Source of the DNA: Lytechinus pictus
Taxonomy: Eukaryota
Assembly (NCBI RefSeq): GCF_037042905.1
Contig: NC_087249.1
Span: 30,690,001 to 30,754,000 of the forward strand
Length of the DNA stretch: 64,000 nucleotides
Reading direction: 5' to 3'
Shown here: positions 13,501-25,722 of the stretch, piece by piece
Position numbering within the stretch: position 1 is the stretch's first letter
Layout: each line of letters starts with the position of its first letter
Made by a program: the position numbers and the translations under genes
Notes under the pieces: generated by a model
The model's input: only the letters and a program-made list of their open reading frames with translations
Database searches by the model: none
What the model was told of the DNA's origin: nothing

Positions 13501-16500
13501 AGGACTACTCGTCGGATGTTATTTTATTTTTGAAATAAACAATTATTTCATGGATGTGGTGAAGATGATAAGACAAAAAGTCAGTCATGTTTTACGTCGA
13601 TATGTGAATACATAATCAAAAAATGAAACATCCCCGGTAAAATTCCAGTTTATGTTCACTGGTTCTTAGTTTAGCTGCATGAGGAGTGTAGCTCTAACGG
13701 AGTAGTCCTGATCGGGAAGGTTTCATGTTCAAATTGGTTTTAGTGCCTTCAATTATCATGGTTATACTCTATTGGTTATATGGGGTTATTCTGTGGATGT
13801 TACTCTAGTTTTCAGTTTCAGTTTTTATTTTATCTCATTTCCAACAGAACAGTATTCAAAATCCATTATAACTCAGGAATGGTATGATGTGTGTTTGTTG
13901 GCATTAAGAGTGAGGTGACTAACTAAATGCTGTGGTTGGATTTTAATTGATCGATTGTCCACAATTGAATCATATGGGTGCATGGAGTTAAGTCATGCAC
14001 TGTTATAATTATATGGCAAATGGGACAACAAGAAAGTGGCAGTACCTCAGTGCGGCATGCATTGTTGGTTTAGCTATGTTGGGATGCTAGTATGTGTTAA
14101 CTATATGGTCAAACTGATGGCTTTCGGCCATCTAATTGGTTTTAGTGCCTTCAGTTATCATGGTTATACTCCATTGGTAATATGAGGTTATTCTGTGGAT
14201 GTTACTCAAGTTTTCAGTTTCAGATTTTATCTTATCTCATTTCCAACAGAACAGTATATAAAATCCATAAAAAATACTAATAATGAAAAAATGAATAAAA
14301 TAAAATTACAACTCAGAATGGTATGATATGTACCGTATTTGTTGGAATTAAGTGTGAAGTGACTAGCTAAATGCCGTGTTTGGTTTTTATCGATCGATTG
14401 TCCACAATTGAATTATTTGTGTGCATAGGGTTAAATTATGCACTGTTATACATGTATGGCAAATGGGACAACAAGACAGAGGCAGTACCTCAGTGCGGCA
14501 TGCATTGCTAGTTTAGCAATGTTGGGATGCCAGTATTTGTTAATTATATGGTCAAGCTGAAGGCGTTCAGCCACCATTGATAACTTATCAAAATTAGTGA
14601 TGCAATGAATTTCAATTTTGAAGATTGCAATAGATTTGTATCAAAATCATGATACTTCAAATGGCATATTATCTTGTCTTCCTTCATATGTTTTGTTTAG
14701 TTTTGCGCATGGTAATCAGATTTTAATTGTGAATGAAGTTCTGACATGGTTATGTTTTAATGTATTTCTATTGGGAGATTTTTCCAACAGCTGAATACAT
14801 TGAAGTGTTTTTCATGCTCTCATTATACTTGAGATGGATATTTGTTCATATACTTGAATTGAATTTTTCTATCTGGTTTTGGAATGCAATAAGTGAAATA
14901 TTCAGGTGCAAAGTATTTGTCATTTCATGCTGGTTTAAAACGGGCTGGTATGTTGGTCAAGAATAGAAAACAGGTATACTGCATATAAAATGATCACTCT
15001 TATATCAGCCAGAATAGCTAGAGGCAAAGAATGCCAGCCTTCAGGTAACTGTGTCATGTAAGACAGCGACGTCAAGGCTGTACAAAGATTTTATACAAAG
15101 ATGATATATTTTAAATTCATTTAAAATTATTGGAGGGCTTGGAGGCCTACTTGACTACATATGCATGATAACTGATTTAGCTTGGCCAGCTGATGCAAAA
15201 CTAGACTAAATTATGAACGAAGGCTTAACAAATGAATGAAGTGTTTGGCGGCCGATCATATATATAAAATATATTCTCGTTTGGCGGTAATTTGTCAAAT
15301 TATGCCGCCTAAACACTGTTGTCATAAGATATATTGGCATGGCATATGTTCTTTAATCCACAATGGTCACTTTTGCAAGGTGTTTAAAGCAGTGAATTAT
15401 ATTTTCGCCTCTAGTTATTAGATTTTCCACTTTGATGCCATGTACGTTGATTAATATTTCATATTGAATCGGGTCCTCATTCGGTACCTAGACGAAGGGG
15501 ATTTATTTATAACTTTACATAGTACTTTAAGAACGCAATTGTAGATTTGAATGTAAGGGTGTCACGCTCGAACTTTCAGTTTAGGCCTCACCTGATCTCA
15601 TAGGCGGGGAGGCTGGTATTCTGTATACATTTATATTTTATGTAAGGGTGTCACGCTCGAACTTTCAGTTTAGGCCTCACCTGATCTCATAGGCGGGGAG
15701 GCTGGTATTCTGTATACATTTATATTTTTCGTGAAATTTAGGCCTCACCCAATTTCTCATGCGGGAAGGCTGGTATATATATATGTATATTATATGATAT
15801 AAGTATGACATCTGTAATCCACCGATTTGCCGGTAGCTCATAAATGTAGTTCATAGCTGTGCTGGTATTCCTGTCCGGCTAGCAGAGAACCAGTGGGAAA
15901 GCAGCCGCGAAATTTAACGTTGAATTTTCTGGGAGGGGGGCCTTCTAGCCGGGGGTTTAACCCCCCTTCGGGGAGCTAATTCGAGGCTATCGGTTGGTTT
16001 CAGATATACATGAATGTAAGTCTCTAATCAGAGGTATTCATATCCATGTTTTATACTTATGTGATTGTGACACCAATTTCGGGAAGCGTTCATCTCTATT
16101 GAATAAAGCCACGACATAATCGCATATTATTTTGTTTTGTCATTTTTGTTTGCCGAGAATAATGTATTTTAAAGACGACTCGGCGATTTAAAATGATTTA
16201 TTAGTCGGAGAACAATGCCAGGTCATGAAGGTATTTGTAATTTGGAATGGCGCGGTTGACGAGGTGATACGTCACAATGGAGCGCCAGCCTGTTTGGTTT
16301 ATGCGCACAATGATAATAATTTGTACTGGGCGCAAGGAGCGCGCATGTTTTGGCGCGCGCGCCTAGGTGTGAAGGCGCGAAAAATCCTTCATTTTAGTCT
16401 TGGCTTTCAACGGAGATGAACGTCCAAAATATTCGCTTGTAATTTTCCCACCTCCTCCCCAACAACCACCCATGTAAACGGTACGTTTGGGTCAAACGAT

Positions 16501-19500
16501 GTTGGAATATTGTTTAAACACATGCGTTGGAGAAGGTCGAGAATGAAGATACGCTATACGTATCATTCAGAGTTGATTTGTGTTTTATTGGAATGTACAG
16601 CTCGTTCAGAATGGAATAACGGGATGTAGAGCTGTCGATAATGGACATTTGAATTAGTTTACTTACATTAATATAATATTGATTTATATAACGAAACACG
16701 AATTCAAATCCGGAGGCAGTTTGCCTGGTCGCACACCAAAACAATACAAAGATCGTCGTGCATTTAGAAATGTGGGCCGTAAGGGAATTTTATCCTTCTG
16801 AACTATTTTGGACTGTGGTCAGGTGGGTTTTCGCCCTTACCCGTTTTTGTGGCTGGGTGTTCGTTATATATTGGTAATTCACATGAATTGTATTGTCTTA
16901 TTATTGACATGGCATATGTTCTTTAATCCACAATGGTCACTTTTGCAAAGTGTTTAAAGCAGTGAATTATATTTTCGCCTCTAGTTATTAGATTTTCCAC
17001 TTTGATGCCATGTACGTTGATTAATATTTCATATTGAATCGGGTCCTCATTCGGTACCTAGACGAAGGGGATTTATTTATAACTTTACATAGTACTTTAA
17101 GAACGCAATTGTAGATTTGAATGTAAGGGTGTCACGCTCGAACTTTCAGTTTAGGCCTCACCTGATCTCATAGGCGGGGAGGCTGGTATTCTGTATACAT
17201 TTATATTTTATGTAAGGGTGTCACGCTCGAACTTTCAGTTTAGGCCTCACCTGATCTCATAGGCGGGGAGGCTGGTATTCTGTATACATTTATATTTTTC
17301 GTGAAATTTAGGCCTCACCCAATTTCTCATGCGGGAAGGCTGGTATATATATATATGTATATTATATGATATAAGTATGACATCTGTAATCCACCGATTT
17401 GCCGGTAGCTCATAAATGTAGTTCATAGCTGTGCTGGTATTCCTGTCCGGCTAGCAGAGAACCAGTGGGAAAGCAGCCGCGAAATTTAACGTTGAATTTT
17501 CTGGGAGGGGGGCCTTCTAGCCGGGGGTTTAACCCCCCTTCGGGGAGCTAATTCGAGGCTATCGGTTGGTTTCAGATATACATGAATGTAAGTCTCTAAT
17601 CAGAGGTATTCATATCCATGTTTTATACTTATGTGATTGTGACACCAATTTCGGGAAGCGTTCATCTCTATTGAATAAAGCCACGACATAATCGCATATT
17701 ATTTTGTTTTGTCATTTTTGTTTGCCGAGAATAATGCATGGCTAAGCGTCAACAAAACGGAGTGTCGAGTGAGTTTGAACGCTATCCTGTAAAACCTCTT
17801 CATTTTATGAAATTATTGAAATTCAAGCCTTATTTCAAATAACCAGAACTTTGTTATTTCTTGACCATTTTCTGTAATTGAGGTATCAAATTAAAAAGCA
17901 GATATTGAACTTTTTAAAAATGTGGTTTTCTTTTTAAAACCCAGATACGGCCCGCCAAGTGACTTTTCGGTATTCCCTTTTCAAATTGTTTTTGCTCACT
18001 CATGCGTGAATGAGAAATAATCTAAGTAATTTCAGATGAAAGAGGAGATTCTAAGCTTAAAATGGTAGGTCATTTGTCTATTGTATTTGCGATTAAGTTA
18101 TGATAAATCATCGATAAATCTCGGTTTCGTTTTTTGTGGGACGCACTGTATAGGAGTTTGAGTAATTAACTTCAAGTTGTGTGTATTTTTTCAACAAATC
18201 GTAGGTAAGTTCATAGTTTTTACGAACCTGATTTTTTTCTCTTAGAGAGTATATAATCACTTGAAAATCAAGAATATTACTGTACGTAATCCATTTAAAC
18301 ATCATTGTGGAGTAATTCCTTATCCTTTTGTACAAAGATGAGCTTGAATAATTAAGACAAGTACGTGATCAACTTAATTTCTTACCCAGTGAGGCCAAGT
18401 TTGGATCATGTCAAAAAGAGCCTGGCCTGGGCAGGTCCTGTTTGGAGTAGCTTGGCGATGACCATAGAGAATGTAGTCAGACTTGAGTTTATTGCTATAA
18501 AATGTGATTGAGAAAGAGGGGCAGAGATGGGGTGGGAAGTAGAGGAGGGGGGGGGGGGGGTTGGGGTGGTGTCAAAGTAAGAGGTAGAATGCAATATGCG
18601 AAAATATGTAAAATACGTGAGAAAGCTATCAGTTAAAATCCTTCGTTCATTGCCTTACTGCGGACGGAGGAGGCAGGCGCAGTTGATCCCCGCTTTTTTT
18701 ATTTTTACATTTCTCAAAAATCTAGTGTGACCAAGATCCGTTCTTTTCAACTTGAAAACACATCCCCAAAAGGAGACCAACCGCCTTCTGTGTTACAGGC
18801 ATATCCCTCCACAAGCTCTTGCTTTTGAGGAATTACGCCTTCTTCTGTTTAACAAATCTTATTTATATTTCTACTCTTTTATGACAAATGATTTTATACA
18901 GATTATAATGAAAAATGATATTTTGTGAAAATAGAAGAAAATAAATGTTTATTCGAATTGAATTAAATTACATTAGGGAGGAGCCAGGATTTTCCAAAAG
19001 TGGGGTGCACATTTTCCCGAGGAAAATTTGACAAGCGAAAAAAAGCTTTTCACCCAAATTTTAAGTCATTTTGTCCACTGAAAATTTGACAAGCAAAAAA
19101 ACAAACAAACAAAAAAGGTTTTCACCCCAAATTCAAGGTCATTTCGTCCACGGAAAATTTGACGAGCAAAAAAAACGTCCTCACTTAAAAAAAAGGGGGC
19201 ACACTTGGGTTAGAACGGCATTTACATTACAAATTTTGATTATGCCTCTCAAAAGGGGGGCACGGGCCGGATGTGCCCCCCCCCCCCCACGGGATCCGCC
19301 ACTGAATTGCATATAGGTACTACTACTACTCATCTATTTGTTTTGCATATTGGAGACTCACTTTACAATGGCACAGTTAATGATTTCATCGACAGCTTCT
19401 ATTGCCTTCTGGTTCGGAAGCTTCGTTGTAAAATTACCCATGATAGATATGCCTTCAAAAGAAAGAGAAAACAGGGACGGTATATAAATCAATATGATGA

Positions 19501-19679
19501 GATAATAGTATTCCACATAATAATTGCAATATACCCTACACCCATCACCACTTAAAAAACATCATAAAAAATCATAATCATCACCACCACCATCTCCATC
19601 ATCAGCATCATCATCATCACTGCCATCATCGTCATCATCATTATCAAAATAAAATCTTCACCAATATACAACAACACAA

Positions 19680-19740
<61 letters not shown>

Positions 19741-22404
19741 GCTGCTGCTACTACTACTACTATACTACTNNNNNNNNNNNNNNNNNNNNNNNNNNNNNNN
19801 NNNNNNNNNNNNNNNNNNNNNNNNNNNNNNNNNNNNNNNNNNNNNNNNNNNNNNNNNNNNNNNNNNNNNNNNNNNNNNNNNNNNNNNNNNNNNNNNNNNN
19901 NNNNNNNNNNNNNNNNNNNNNNNNNNNNNNNNNNNNNNNNNNNNNNNNNNNNNNNNNNNNNNNNNNNNNNNNNNNNNNNNNNNTGTCTTCATAATCATTG
20001 TCATCATCACCACCATCACCACAAACAACGTCATATTCACACGATCTCCATCACCATCACCCTGTTAACAATCATCCACATCATAGACCTACCTAATGAT
20101 CTGAAGTTATACCAGGGTGCATGACTACCCACGGTGTCCCATCCTCGACCTCTGTATACCAAACCGTCTTCACCGACCAGGAAGGAATATGCGATGTCGT
20201 TCCATCCCCTGACGTCCATGTGGAAATCCTGAACGAGATCGAAATAATTCAAGAATACATCCGAGACCAACACATTAAACTTCAATTATAATACTTGTAT
20301 GTAATATGATAACAATTACATTTCATTTCAGATCAATTCGAGGTGTAAACTGAATTGTACAAATCATTTCAGAAAAAGACACGATGAACATTTTTGTAGC
20401 AATATGAATTCACATAAAATAAAAAGTGAGCCACTCTTGTAAAAGCGTGTCCTTATAATGATACATTTGGCTCAAAATGTGCAACTATGCGGACGAATTA
20501 GCCCACTTTTGCGCGAGTGACTCACTTTGTTTACACTTGATTAATGAATTTCATTCTTGTTTAAGAATGATTGTCCCTGTTGAAAGAAGGGCGGAGGGGG
20601 GGGGGAGAAGGAGCAATTTACCTGTATGGATCGCATCATCTTACAGCATTCGTCAAAGGTAAAGCATTCTGGCGTATCGGTGTGATGTAATATCACAAAG
20701 GGAACCGGAGTTTCCATGTCTGACCTATCCTTGGCAGGTCGAGCACCCCACTCTTCGCGGGTTATAACCCTTGGACACGCCTTGACTGTGAATTCTATAA
20801 TATACAAAATGGGGGCTCGTGATGAAGCCCTTTTTCAATATGGGATGAATAACGAGCTGAATGGTCAAAGAACTTATCTAGTCTGGTTTGTTGGAATTGT
20901 TTTCATTAATTTCTGGACGTCATCGCATATGGTGTAGGCCGTAACATTTTAAATGTATGTCTCACAAAATATTATCAATGATCTTAAATTAGACTGTTAT
21001 TGTTATAGCTTAAACGTGATTATTTTGGATTGAATTTTAAAGTGGGATCACATTTGACATGAAAGATAAGCTTCCCTCGTACTCATACTGTCTAATACAG
21101 TGGATGATTTCATGAAATAATCAAGTGAAACAGAATATGCCTACATAATTCATAAGAGATGGAAAACTTACCAACTGAATCCATCAATCTCCCACCGTCG
21201 ATATCTGCCTGGAGTTGTAAAATGAATAATAACAAAATGACGTAACGAAGATAAAAATTCAGACTCCAGTTTCTAATAATCAATGATCTGTACTTAATAC
21301 AAGCCTTTATAGATGTGGCTTTAGATAAACATCATTCTATTCAGCGATAGAGATTGCTATTCCCCGGGCTATGCCATGCAGGAATGGGGATTCCCCCAAA
21401 CAAGGGTAGTGCGTAATCAATAGTGGAATACAAACAAACAGTGGTGTACGTCAACACAAGGTGAAGGATATGATCACGGAGCTATATAGCTCCATGATGA
21501 TAAATGGAATGGTTTTATGCAGGCAAACTACTGTGTGTGGCTTGTGCACTGAATTCGCTGGAGCGAGGATTGACTTTCTGCACTTACATATATACATGCA
21601 CAGAGGTAATACATTTAGATAAATCAATTATACGACAGTCGTAATATTAACAATGAAACTAAATATCATCATATAAATCACAAATTAATAACATACAAAA
21701 ATTGTAGTACCTAAAAATATTGAAAAAAAAAACGGTTAACGAAATATAAATTAAAATATCACAGGATATAAAATCATCTGCGAAATAAAGACAAATTTAT
21801 GAATTATCATAAAAGCGATATAAAGAGGAGCATACATAAAAGTTGCCCCAGAGGTGTTGAGCGAACTCCTGCGTTCATAGATTAATGTTTTTGTTAAAAA
21901 AAGAGTAAAGTTTATACTCACATCCTTATTTTGTTTTAATTATGTATTATGAATATGTTGTTTATATTAGTAGGTTATTTTATATATTGCATGCGTAGAC
22001 ACATTTGATATTATGTACTGTGTTATGTTGAACGCAATAATGAAAGCAAAATAAAAAACATTGTTTCATCTGTACGTAGGGAAATTTTCATCAATTGAAG
22101 TGGTAATAAAGATGTAATATCACCTTCCTTCCGTCAAACTAGGCACTATCCTCATGTCACTTTTGGAAGGAGAGGAGAATACTAAGTACATTCATATACA
22201 ACCTGATGCCATTGAGGAATTTATGAATGTTTGTGCGAAGTATACATACCACTTCCATTATCGGACAGTTTTCATTCAAATGAAAAGCTCGATACATACC
22301 TTCCAGTGCATGTGTTTGTGATCATTCTGAATATCCTTCCTTCCATCACAGATTGCCTTGCAGACGACAAGAATAAGAACTACTGTTAAATTACACTTCC
22401 ACAT
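7579..22404 (-). CDS. PGRP: Secreted amidase-type peptidoglycan recognition protein (PGRP copy 2), 7 exons, ~224 aa
   Basis: Exons 22404-22300, 21208-21172, 20785-20622, 20228-20093, 19452-19362, 18494-18386, 7611-7579; all GT-AG and phase-consistent. Signal peptide, then CPRVITREEWGA, VILHHT, RGWNDIAYSFLVGEDGLVYRGRGW, GISIMGNF, YGHRQ, TCPG, WPHWKPG. The Zn/catalytic residues His, Tyr, His and Cys are present. Confidence 0.9.
13733..14575. repeat. Diverged ~400-bp tandem duplication inside the split-repeat element
   Basis: aattggttttagtgccttca...ttcggcca at ~13733-14130 is repeated at ~14134-14575 with substitutions and a ~35-bp AT-rich insert. Confidence 0.85.
15551..15775. repeat. 89-bp tandem repeat (two copies plus a partial third) in repeat B1; also present in B2 at ~17121-17345
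   Basis: atgtaagggtgtcacgctcgaactttcagtttaggcctcacctgatctcataggcggggaggctggtattctgtatacatttatatttt occurs twice exactly. Confidence 0.9.
18974..19304. mobile_element. hAT-type MITE in PGRP intron 5 (family also at 28444-28769, ~41958-42382, 59567-59859)
   Basis: Ends ...ggatccgccactg. 8-bp TSD aattacat/aattgcat. Shared internal gaaaatttgacaagc repeats. Confidence 0.7.
19560..20060. repeat. (CAT)n/(CTA)n microsatellite with assembly gap (N 19770-19983)
   Basis: Directly visible. The same intron is gapped in copy 3. Confidence 0.9.
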
Positions 22405-25400
22405 AATTTCGCCAATATCAGTTTCAACAAGTCACAATTATGCCGTGTATCATTCATATGAGCTAGCTAACAGGAATACACAAGAGGTTAAACACAAAAG
22501 CTGCATTCATATTCCCCATTCTTCCCTTTGCATGTTATGTTTGTTCAATACTCCCGCGATAATTTAGCGCAGAGTACTTCGTTTTTAATCCCAGGTTTCT
22601 ATTTTTGCAAAGAGAAGCTAAAAGGGAAGAATACAGAAAGCTTTAAATAGATCTATCTATGTAATCGAAACTGCAATGTTGTATTATTCGATCCAAATAT
22701 CCTGATTAGCCTAGCACCTGCAGGATCGTTGGATAGATTTCCATGGCCGTGTATAGGCAGGAATCGTTTTCCTATAAGGGGGGGGGGGGAAATTACTTAG
22801 AATGTTGAAGCATAATGATACGAGCGAGTGAGCAATGCGGTCGAGCTGATTGCAAAATGTGGTTTGAATAATTGAAATGAATTTCAATTTTCATTTCTTT
22901 ATTCCATTTCCTTTCAAAACATAGTACAAAGTAATATAAATCAGATACAAATTTACAGACGAGCATTCTTACTTCGTAAAATGAATGGGTCTGTTTGCAT
23001 AATATGGGTTACACTTCATGGACATTTTCGACAGAAAGGTAAGTTTGCAAATTTAAGGGGGGCAAAATAATAATTAAAAAATCAACATAGCATCAGGCCG
23101 ACTAGATTCTGGTTTGCATATTTTAGGAGAGAGAGAGAACAAAAGTGATTGTTGGATGTAATATTCAATTTTTCTTGTCAGTAATTTATATTTATAGCCA
23201 CACCCCCGCCTTCTGACATCTTGCATTCGCACTAGTGTCCGAGTGAATCCAATTTGGTAAAGACTCTAATCGTAGTATTATATTTTTCATGGAAGAAAAT
23301 AACATTATATACATTATTTTGATGAAGTGAAAGCAATATAATATAATCTACATGTGATATTTTGAAAGTAATGCACGCATTTATTACGAGTGACTGTTTG
23401 TGCCGACATGATGACAATGACAGAAAATTTACTTTATAGTAGGCCTACATAAATCAGCAAAATAAATATCGTTATTTCTACTGTAATAATATCATAAACA
23501 TGATAAATGTAGATGGATTAGGAATGGAATCCAAAATCAAGACATGAAAGACGTGTCTAACAATAATTTTGATTTTTTTTTTCGTCTCTGACACCCCCCA
23601 CATAAGTTTGCCACTCAAAAAGTGTGTCAATTTTTTTTAAGAATGCAAGGGAAAATGGGTTCCATTGCCAAAAAGGGATGACATTTTTATAAAAATGTTT
23701 TAGAAGAGTAAATCACGCGGTTAAAAGTGTTACTTAAAAGGAGCAGAACAGCGAGTCTAATTTGGGCTAAGGGGTAGAGGGCATAAGCCTAAATCCTTTG
23801 CTTATGACATTTATGCAAATTCCAAATATATACACTTTTGCAGGTCTATAAAGCTACATGTAGGTATTAATAGAGATGCGACATAATCGCACTGAACTAT
23901 ATTGCCAGCAACGAAGATGGGGGTAATACCGACGAAACAATGTAATTGAGAAATAATGATATGATTTTGCAGTCTACCAATAACCTTAATTATCTGATGG
24001 GTGTGGGGGATATAATATCAAGGTAGTAAATGAACGAATATTGACAAGAATGGACATATATATGCATATTGGCAATTACGTAATAATTAATGGAAATGAC
24101 TATTTGCTTTTGTTTTTAGATTTAACGTCTTCACTGAAATGGGGAATTTTAAAAACAGTAAAACGTTGGCATTCATGCAGTAATGTTTTATAAAATCAGT
24201 CAAAAAGGGGGTGAATATGGTAAAGATTTTTTTATTATTCTGGTTGAAAAATAAGAATGATGAAGAGCTATTAAGTTGCCATTCTGTAATACTCATATTA
24301 GCAATCATATGCATCCATTTTTATCGACAATAAATGTAAGAAAATCATATTTTCTTGATTATTGATAAAGATTGAGCGCATAATGGCAGATCCAAGGGGA
24401 ATGATATCTAAGGAAAGAACAAAGCGCCCCCTCCTGGATCTAATTGATCTTCTCGATCAATATTTAAATGCCTTTTTCTTTCAAACTTTTCGAAAAATAC
24501 ATGTATATTTAAGCTCGATGCAAAATCCATTAATCTCAATAAAAAGTTCGATCCCCATTTTCGGTCCAGAAACTCGCGACTCGTGCGAAATTTGCGTAAT
24601 TAGCATAATTAGCATAATTCACCATTTTAGAAACCAAAGGAAACTTTGAACCCTTTATAGGTTCTTTTTATTGCCCAGTTAGCTGAGTACAGACTATTTG
24701 ACAAATAAATTTTCGTCACACTGATCGGGAATCTTTTTTTTTTTACACAAAAGTACCTTAAATATTCAGCCATCGCCACAATATGGCAAAAATAGCCCCT
24801 AAGAATAAAAATGTATTCCTTTCCTGGATCAAGTAAATAAATGCATGTAGATTTGTAAATGAATTTTGAAAGCATAATAACAAAAAAATAATGGCATAGA
24901 TGAGAAAAAATTTAAGAGGAGGCTGCTGATTAGCTAAAAGTCTGATTATCAATACATTCTTATTTTCTGCCAATTGGTGCAAGCCTTTTTTTAACCCCTG
25001 ACAAAAACTTTTCGTGTTCGCTCAAGCATGAACGAAACTTGTTGTTCTAAAAGCATTTAAAGATAAGATTTAAGAGCATCTATTAACATAAAAAAAAATT
25101 GACATCATAATTTCAAACAAAATTCTGATAGACTTTTCTAAACTGTCCTGTTTTTATTGATACGCACTGTATAATGGAATTAATGAATAATAATTTCTCT
25201 ATAGATAGAATTCTTAGTCAGATACCATGTATTATTCATCTTATTTCTATCGCACTTCCTCTTTCTTTGTTCATTTCTTGTTTTTGTCTGTCTGTTTCTC
25301 TCACTCTGTCATGTCTCTGTCTTCTTCCTTACCTTCAAATTCCTCTTTCTTTTCCCTGATTTCCTTCATAATCATCTTCTCTCTTCCTACGTTACCCACA

Positions 25401-25563
25401 CCCTCTGTCACACACACACACCTTATCTCTCTCTCTCTCTCTCTCTACCTCCCTCCCCCTCTCATAACCACCCACACCCCACACACTCACTATTCACCGC
25501 TCTGTCACTTTCATTTCTCTCCATCTCTTCTCTTCTCTCTCTCTCTTTCAACATCTACCCCAG

Positions 25564-25722
25564 ATCCCAAATATCTTGGGTAATATAGGTGGGCTGATGG
25601 GTCTCTTCACCGGCATGTCATTCATCAGTTTGTTTGAAGTCGCATTTCTACTGCTACGAGTCACAAAAATCACTTTCACCAAACTCTTCATGGCCAACCG
25701 AGTGAAGTCGATTGCGACCTGA
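25564..25722 (+). pseudogene. Orphan DEG/ENaC terminal (TM2) exon, intact frame
   Basis: 159-nt exon IPNILGNIGGLMGLFTGMSFISLFEVAFLLLRVTKITFTKLFMANRVKSIAT*, same length and phase as the last exon of channel gene 1. Confidence 0.88.

Larger units (their letters stand above)
8811..17731 (+). mobile_element. Non-autonomous tyrosine-recombinase retroelement with split direct repeats (Ngaro/PAT-like, DIRS group)
   Basis: A1 8811-9090, B1 ~15338-16159, A2 16160-16446, B2 ~16908-17731. The B1-A2 junction recreates the circle junction. TAATG is shared by the junction and both host boundaries. AATAAA lies near the end of B. No long ORF. Confidence 0.8.
8411..18148. mobile_element. Tc1/mariner-type MITE (~817 bp), split by a nested 8.9-kb element
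   Basis: Ends CAGTGCGTCCCA...TGGGACGCACTG with >200-bp imperfect TIRs and a TA TSD. Empty site at about 27620 in the paralogous unit. Confidence 0.88.

Noticed and set aside
15551-16005. Hammerhead or hairpin ribozyme in repeat B (CTGA, GTC and AGAA motifs)
   Set aside because: There is no CUGANGA...GAAA core, and the helices flanking GUC/AGAA do not pair as a hairpin ribozyme requires.
8811-17731. Ordinary LTR retrotransposon or simple tandem duplication
   Set aside because: There are no TG...CA LTRs, PBS or PPT, and the repeats are interleaved A..B-A..B with unrelated spacers, which a single tandem duplication would not produce.
18374-18385. PGRP ending at WVRN* as the primary gene model
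   Set aside because: TGG|GTAAGA is a strong donor, and a phase-0 exon with a good acceptor (KPGDHFPPKQ*) is conserved in both complete units. Kept only as a possible alternative end.
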